This document shows, piece by piece, positions 59,301 through 64,000 of a DNA stretch of 64,000 bases. The notes beneath the pieces were generated by a model, which was given only the letters and a program-made list of their open reading frames with translations, did not search any database and was not told where the DNA came from. The first letter of the stretch is position 1. Each line of letters opens with the position of its first letter. The position numbers and the translations under genes were made by a program. Origin of the DNA: Planctomycetota bacterium (GTDB lineage: Bacteria; Planctomycetota; UBA1135; UBA2386); the NCBI GenBank assembly GCA_965223545.1, contig OZ245006.1:4960001-5024000 (forward strand), given 5' to 3'.

Positions 59301-62300
59301 CGATGTCCGTTCCGTCCTTGCGCCACTGGTAGCCGATCGGCACGGCGCCGCTCGCGGCGACCGAGAACGTCGCCACCGCGCCTTCGCAGACCGTGAGGTC
59401 CTGTGGTTGCGAGGTGATCGTCGGCGGATCCGGCAGCACCTCGACGTGAGGAGTCGGTTCGCCGCAGCCGGTCTCGATGTTCAGCCGCAAGACTTGGCCG
59501 CTGACCAGAGAGATCATGTCGAACGTCGCTTGGCCGCTGGTGCCGGGGTCGAGGTCGCCCAAGTCGACTGCCGCGGCCGTGATCTGGCCGCTGGACCCGT
59601 ACGAGAGCGTGGCTTCGGACTGTGTCGGGGCCAGCGCGCATTCGACCAAGTTGTCGGAGTACACGTTGACCCGGACCAGGTTGGCGACCGTTGCGCCTTG
59701 GTTGGTCACCGTCACGCCGAACGGGAAGCTGCCACCGGCGGTCACCGAGGTCGGGGTCTGGAAGTCACAGGCGAGCAGCGGAAGGGTGACGACGAACGCG
59801 TCACTGACCGCGGCCGTGGCGATCGACGACAACAGCGTGCCGAAGCCGTAGAGGTCACCGTTGGTCGTCGCCGACACGGCGTAGGTGCCGGGCTCGTCAC
59901 CGCGGACCACCCACGATGCCTGGTCCACGTCGCCGGCGTCGAGGTCGGCGAGGGTTCGAGTCAGACTCTGCGGAACCCCGTCGAGATCGGGCAGACCGAG
60001 GCCACCGGGCAGCGCGTCGAGCGCGACCGTGACGTTGCGCAGCTGGACATCGGTCGGGTCCTCGGCGTCCGAGCGATTGACCACCACCATGGTGACGTCG
60101 TAGAAGCTCTTCAGCGTCCAGATGTCGCCCGCGATGATCATCCACGTCTCCGTGCGGCGGCCGCCGCCATGGAAGTCGAGGATGCCGAGCAGCATCTTGT
60201 CACCGCCTCCCCCGGGTGGCTGCTGCACTTCTCGAGAGATGGTGATTCGGGTTGGCGTGGTGTAGTTGGTGCGCGGTACCTCGACGTTCGTCGCGATGAT
60301 CGGATCGCCGATCTCCATCGCCACGACGAAGTCGACGATGTGGTTGTTGATGGGGTCGTTGATGTTGACCCCACGCGCCTGAACCTCCGCCGAACTCAGC
60401 GGCTGCGGCGTCACGGCCGCGACCTCGAGCGTCGCGCCGGCGGTCAGCGGGATCTCGACCGTGCTGGCACCGTCCGGCACCAAGAACGTGCGAGAAACCG
60501 CGAGGTAGCCTTGCTTGTAGGCGGCGACACCGCGCGCGCCCGGAGGCAGGTTCACCGTGACTTCGCCGGTTCCGTCCGTGGAGACCACGCCCGGAAGGTC
60601 CTGGAACGAGACCAGGCCACCACCGATGACGGCGCTCGTACCGGCGTCGACCAGGCGAACCGTCAGCGAGGCTGCCGGCTGGTCGAACAGCTTGACGTCC
60701 AGGGAGCCGCTGAAGATCCCGGTCGCGGTCGCGACATCGACCGAGATCGGGTGGACGTCGGGCTGACCGCCGAGCGGCGGCGCCGGCGTGCCGGGGGGCA
60801 CACTCAGATCGGCGAGCACTGCGACGGACTCGCCGGGCGCCAGCGTGACGCCGGACAGATCGGTGACCAGGCTCAACCAGCTGCTGTTGGTCGTGGCTTG
60901 CGTGATGGCGGTCGCCCCGGCGCCGGTGTTCTGCACCGTCAGGGTGACCGAAGCGTTGTCGCCCGGGTACGACAGGCGCTCACCGCCACTGATGCCCAGT
61001 TGCTCTGGTGGTGCGTCCACCGCGACCAGGAGCGCGGCGCGGTTGTCGCCCGGCGTTGCTTCTGGCGGGGTCTGGTTGACGACGACCGCGAACAGGTTGT
61101 GCAGGCCGGGCGCGCCCGGCGTCCACGGCAGGCCGTAGGTCGCGGTGTCACCGACACCGATCACACCACCGGTTTGGCCGAGCAGCACGCCGCCGAGGTC
61201 GGGGTCGCCGCGGTAGAGCTGTACCGCGGCGGTTGCGTTGATCTGGCCCCCGTTCTTGACCGCGATCGAGACCTGAGTGGCGATTCCAGAGCTCGGGCTC
61301 GCGGGAGTGACCGAGATCGCGTCGGCGGGCAACGCCAAGTCCGAGTGGAACGGGATCACCGCCAGGACGTGCGGCAGCGATGCCAGGCTGGTGCTGTCGA
61401 ACGCCAAGTCGACCGTCTGCGGGGTGTCGAATACCAGGTCGCCGAAGGTCGCCACTCCGTTGTTGGGCACCTGGCTGGTGGTGCCACCGAGCGTGCCGAG
61501 CACGTTTGCCGCGGCGAGGGTGACCGGATCGACGGCCTGAGTGACGACGTTGTCGTAGACGTCGACCACCTGAACCTGGATGGCCGGGACGATGGCGTCC
61601 TCGCTGGCCACCGCCGGTGGCGGCGTGGCGAACTGGAGCGTTGCGGCGGCTGCCGCTTCGACGGTGATCGGCGCGGAGCTGGCCGGCAGCAGTCCGCTCG
61701 CACTGGATGCGTCGAGCGCGATGACCTCTGCCTTCGTGTACGAGATGTCGGAGAAACTCGCGACACCGTTGTTCGCGATCGCGGTCAGGGTGCCCCACAG
61801 CGTGTCCGTGCCGCTGGCCAGACTCAGGGTGATCGTCTCACTGGGGGCTGTCGACGCGAGGTTGCCGAGCTGGTCGCGGATCTCGACCGAGAAGCTGTCG
61901 AACACGACGCCGGCCGTTTGCGTCGGCGAAGGATCGACGAACACCAGCTGCGTGGGCGCCGCGGCCTCGACCGTCACGGGTGCGGTGACGACGTTGGTGC
62001 CGCCGAGTCCCGCGGCGGCGCACGCCACCGTCACCGATTCCGCGGTGTCATAGGTCAGTGAATCGAAGGTTGCGATGCCGCCGACCGCGTTGATCTGCTG
62101 GTCGCCGTTGAGTGTGCCCGTGCCGCCGTTGATCGAGACCGCGACCAGGTCCGTGTAGCTCGTGACCAAGTTGCCGTAGGTGTCCTCGATCCGCAGCGAG
62201 AACGCCGGCCAGACTCCGCCAGCCGTCACCGGCGAAGCCGGCGGTGTGTCGAAGAGGAGGTCCTGCGGGGCGGCCGCCTCGACAGTGACGAGATTGTCGA

Positions 62301-63999
62301 GCAGGCCTGTGAGACTGCCGGACACCAGGTCGAAGGGAATCGGTCCCGCCTGCGTAGCCGACAAGTCGGCGAAGGTGGCGATGCCGTTGACCGGGAGCTG
62401 CGTCAGCGTGCCGCTCAGTGGACCGGTGGTCACCAGGGTGACGGGGTCGGTGGCGCTGGGCACGAGGTTGCCCTGCGAGTCCTCGATGCGGACGCTGAAC
62501 GCGGGCCAGGTCGTGCCTGCGTCGACCGTCGGGGTCGGCAGCACGTCGAAGGCGAGCTGGGTGGTCGCCGGCAGCGGAGTCGCGCTGCGCACGCCGAGCA
62601 CCTGCGTGCCGACCGCCGGAATCGTCTCCGCGAGCCGGTAGTAGTAGGTCACGCCGGCCGTCAGGCCGGGGTCGAGCACTTGGTAAGCCGTGGGGCCGGT
62701 CGCGGCGAGCGTCGCGATGGTCGCGAACGGGCCGGTCGGGCTCTGCGAACGGCCGAGGACGAACGACTCGACCTCTGGCTCGGCACCGGTCACCCAGTCC
62801 AGCGTCACTTCCTCGACGCCGGGCGTCGCCGTGTAGCTGAGCAGATCGGTGCTCTGCGGCGCTGCCCATTCGATCAGGTTGGAGGGATCGCTCTCGAAAC
62901 CGTCGCCGGCCAGGTTGCCAGCGAAGTTGACGAACGTCAGCTGCGCGCCGCCGGCCGGGGTGGTGACGTTGAACGCGCCTTGGACGCCGAGGGGGTTGTC
63001 GAAGGTGGTGTAGCGCAGCTCGGTCGGTGCCGTGCGGTGCAGGTTGAGGAGGACCGCGCCAGTCGCCGCCGGGTTGCGGAACGTCGCGACCCGCAGATCG
63101 TCCGGGGCGGGAGCCAAGGTCGCGCTCGCCGAAACAACGACCCCACTCGCGCCCATGTCCTCGAACGCGACGTTGCTGGCGGTGAGCCCACCGTGGATCG
63201 TGAGGCCGTAGCCGCTGCCGCCGAGGCCGCGAATCGTCGCCGGAGTTCCGGGGATGCCGACGGCGCGGAGCGCCCCCGCGGTGTTGATCGTCACCGCGCA
63301 GGTGGGCGCCAGCTCGAGCAGTGCCCCGTCGTCGAGGTTGACGCTACCGTCGACCGAGACCGTCGGGCAAGTCAGCGACAGTTGGCTCTGGCCGAGATCG
63401 AGGACTGCCGTGGTCGCGATGGTCAACGAGTTGGCGCTGACGGAGAGTTGCGCCGAGCCCACCGTTCTGGTGCCACCGTTCTCCAGGCGCAGAGTCGCGA
63501 AGGAAAGGCCGGTGCCGGGTGTCGGCGCGGACATCGCGCCGGTGCCATCGAGGACGACCGATCCCGACGTCGGCGCGAAGGCGGCGTCGGCCGACCAGTC
63601 ACCGGCACAACGGATGGTGTCGGGAGGGGTCGTGACGGTGGTTCCTGCGAAGGTGACGTCGCCGTCGACGTCGAAGACGCCGGAGCTCCAGCGCGTGAGG
63701 GTGCCGGCCAGCATCTGGGCGTCGCCGGTGACGTGGAGGGTGTCGCCGGAGTAGGTGCGCAGCGTGCCCGACTCGAGGCGGAAGGTGCCGACCGTGACGG
63801 TGCCGCGGATGGTGAGCAGGCCGTTGCCGGTCTTGGCGGCGTGCAGCGCTCCGGGGTGCGTGAAGGAATACGCGGTGGTGCTGGTGCTGCCGTCGAGAGT
63901 GAGGTCGCCGGTGCCCAGCAGGGTGGCGTTGCGCAGGTCGAAGTTGCCGGCGAAGGTGTGGTTGGCGGTGCCGAGATCGAGTGTGCCGGAGCCGCTGAC
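56380..63999 (-). CDS. Giant surface/adhesin-like protein (>2500 aa; beta-helix, Big-1-like, CARDB-like, Ig, PKD domains), 5' end outside the window
   Basis: Frame open to the window edge; four repeats ending G(I/V)A(T/S)F; two ITSQPQD/ILSHPQD...YQWxKDG Ig domains; two PKD domains (WSFGDG); three PxIxSF repeats. Confidence 0.88.
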   Translation of the reverse strand, partial: VSGSGTLDLGTANHTFAGNFDLRNATLLGTGDLTLDGSTSTTAYSFTHPGALHAAKTGNGLLTIRGTVTVGTFRLESGTLRTYSGDTLHVTGDAQMLAGTLTRWSSGVFDVDGDVTFAGTTVTTPPDTIRCAGDWSADAAFAPTSGSVVLDGTGAMSAPTPGTGLSFATLRLENGGTRTVGSAQLSVSANSLTIATTAVLDLGQSQLSLTCPTVSVDGSVNLDDGALLELAPTCAVTINTAGALRAVGIPGTPATIRGLGGSGYGLTIHGGLTASNVAFEDMGASGVVVSASATLAPAPDDLRVATFRNPAATGAVLLNLHRTAPTELRYTTFDNPLGVQGAFNVTTPAGGAQLTFVNFAGNLAGDGFESDPSNLIEWAAPQSTDLLSYTATPGVEEVTLDWVTGAEPEVESFVLGRSQSPTGPFATIATLAATGPTAYQVLDPGLTAGVTYYYRLAETIPAVGTQVLGVRSATPLPATTQLAFDVLPTPTVDAGTTWPAFSVRIEDSQGNLVPSATDPVTLVTTGPLSGTLTQLPVNGIATFADLSATQAGPIPFDLVSGSLTGLLDNLVTVEAAAPQDLLFDTPPASPVTAGGVWPAFSLRIEDTYGNLVTSYTDLVAVSINGGTGTLNGDQQINAVGGIATFDSLTYDTAESVTVACAAAGLGGTNVVTAPVTVEAAAPTQLVFVDPSPTQTAGVVFDSFSVEIRDQLGNLASTAPSETITLSLASGTDTLWGTLTAIANNGVASFSDISYTKAEVIALDASSASGLLPASSAPITVEAAAAATLQFATPPPAVASEDAIVPAIQVQVVDVYDNVVTQAVDPVTLAAANVLGTLGGTTSQVPNNGVATFGDLVFDTPQTVDLAFDSTSLASLPHVLAVIPFHSDLALPADAISVTPASPSSGIATQVSIAVKNGGQINATAAVQLYRGDPDLGGVLLGQTGGVIGVGDTATYGLPWTPGAPGLHNLFAVVVNQTPPEATPGDNRAALLVAVDAPPEQLGISGGERLSYPGDNASVTLTVQNTGAGATAITQATTNSSWLSLVTDLSGVTLAPGESVAVLADLSVPPGTPAPPLGGQPDVHPISVDVATATGIFSGSLDVKLFDQPAASLTVRLVDAGTSAVIGGGLVSFQDLPGVVSTDGTGEVTVNLPPGARGVAAYKQGYLAVSRTFLVPDGASTVEIPLTAGATLEVAAVTPQPLSSAEVQARGVNINDPINNHIVDFVVAMEIGDPIIATNVEVPRTNYTTPTRITISREVQQPPGGGGDKMLLGILDFHGGGRRTETWMIIAGDIWTLKSFYDVTMVVVNRSDAEDPTDVQLRNVTVALDALPGGLGLPDLDGVPQSLTRTLADLDAGDVDQASWVVRGDEPGTYAVSATTNGDLYGFGTLLSSIATAAVSDAFVVTLPLLACDFQTPTSVTAGGSFPFGVTVTNQGATVANLVRVNVYSDNLVECALAPTQSEATLSYGSSGQITAAAVDLGDLDPGTSGQATFDMISLVSGQVLRLNIETGCGEPTPHVEVLPDPPTITSQPQDLTVCEGAVATFSVAASGAVPIGYQWRKDGTDIAGATTPSLSLSPVSTTDAGSYDVLVTNPGGSVQSQPAVLTVQAIPQAAFTSDLVGGSAPLMVSFTDLSTGTVDSWLWSFGDGTTSTAQHPVHTYAAPGPYDVSLTATGACGASTETKNGYITIVDPAPVAAFSATPTSGPAPLAVSFTDQSSGAITAWSWSFGDGSASSASSPQHVYTTPGTYSVSLTVSGPGGTDTATRAGYITVDEPPPVILSFDATPSIVSDGDTVTLVPVFSGGTGVIDQGVGAVTSGQAVTVTPTPGATTAYTLTVTNGAGVAVTATAAVTSYPLPVITSFTSSASIVTNGTAVDLAFVFANGTGQLSDGVTSQAVSSGVSLSVTPPDDATTTYTLVVTNPAGASVQAVVSVQAVPPPNIESFVASPTLVINGETSVLTARFSGGQGVITPGPIPVTSEVPVTVTPPPDANTLYVLAVTSPTGETVMAAVTVTAVPALPQILSHPQDQTVAAGADVTLSVVASGSNLSYQWCKDGIPLTGETQSTLFLASVNNGDAGRYTAKVSNAAGTVASNPGVLTVLGTCPDCDGDVVRIDQDLVADFNTSPPTWQGDPALAPYVSFDTSGPTPDTWRLIVDTGTKRLEVIDGATITTGTVATRGKQRPAPGVRVQTSCTVFLDDDAAIDVHAHNAQAGDLEIIADGEIDLRGVVVNRAQTANGRSGRILIASRCGDVKLAVTGLVRSDAGGDVHVLTGGDAAAGRGGDISINGLVEAIYRAAPAPAIRVASFDGKITVTGTTLKQVAVQGRRISTTGVVVRTDRDNIADPGRIEMQAQGDIVVLGNTIQHFAFPNPGTIAVKMLGNHGGGQIDIRSLGGRIVAADRAFDNVNHDNASAVNRLWAALDINLFASGAINSTPVPGPQARQMPVVDVSMAGNAQGGINEIRSFGGQVALLGADTLVLATAWSTAGVDGTNLLTSCTPLANGGTVLPADPVTSDDAGMCAPAVPPALFSDASGLGAGW

Positions 64000-64000
64000 G

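Overview
High-GC, gene-dense window with about 40 CDSs. I found no rRNA, tRNA, CRISPR array, integrase or transposase. The gene content (Hanks-type kinases with TPR tails, a kinase/ECF-sigma pair, carboxypeptidase-regulatory-like Ig proteins, a sulfatase, many large secreted proteins) suggests an uncultured Planctomycetota-like bacterium; this taxonomy is inference. The standout is a compact five-gene minus-strand respiratory operon at 47895->41736. It encodes a low-potential Rieske protein, a fused cytochrome b6/subunit IV with PEWF and a heme-ci Cys, a membrane-anchored octaheme HAO-family cytochrome lacking the obvious cross-link Tyr, NapA, and an internally duplicated tetraheme NapB. napC, napD, napGH and nrfA are all missing from the cluster. 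This suggests Q-cycle-coupled periplasmic nitrate (and possibly nitrite) reduction. Other notable items: a 1.4-kb cargo cassette bounded by 34-bp REP-like inverted repeats, with mirror-image codon skew in both flanking genes; a stand-alone divergent DAC/DisA_N-like protein; a recurrent ~100-aa unannotated module in 5-6 unrelated secreted proteins; a Zn-peptidase + ATP-grasp gene pair; two frameshifted genes; an internally shortened S46 peptidase; a sulfatase-FAD oxidoreductase fusion; and TANNNT boxes 7-11 nt before several start codons. All family assignments come from motif recognition by eye, not database searches.
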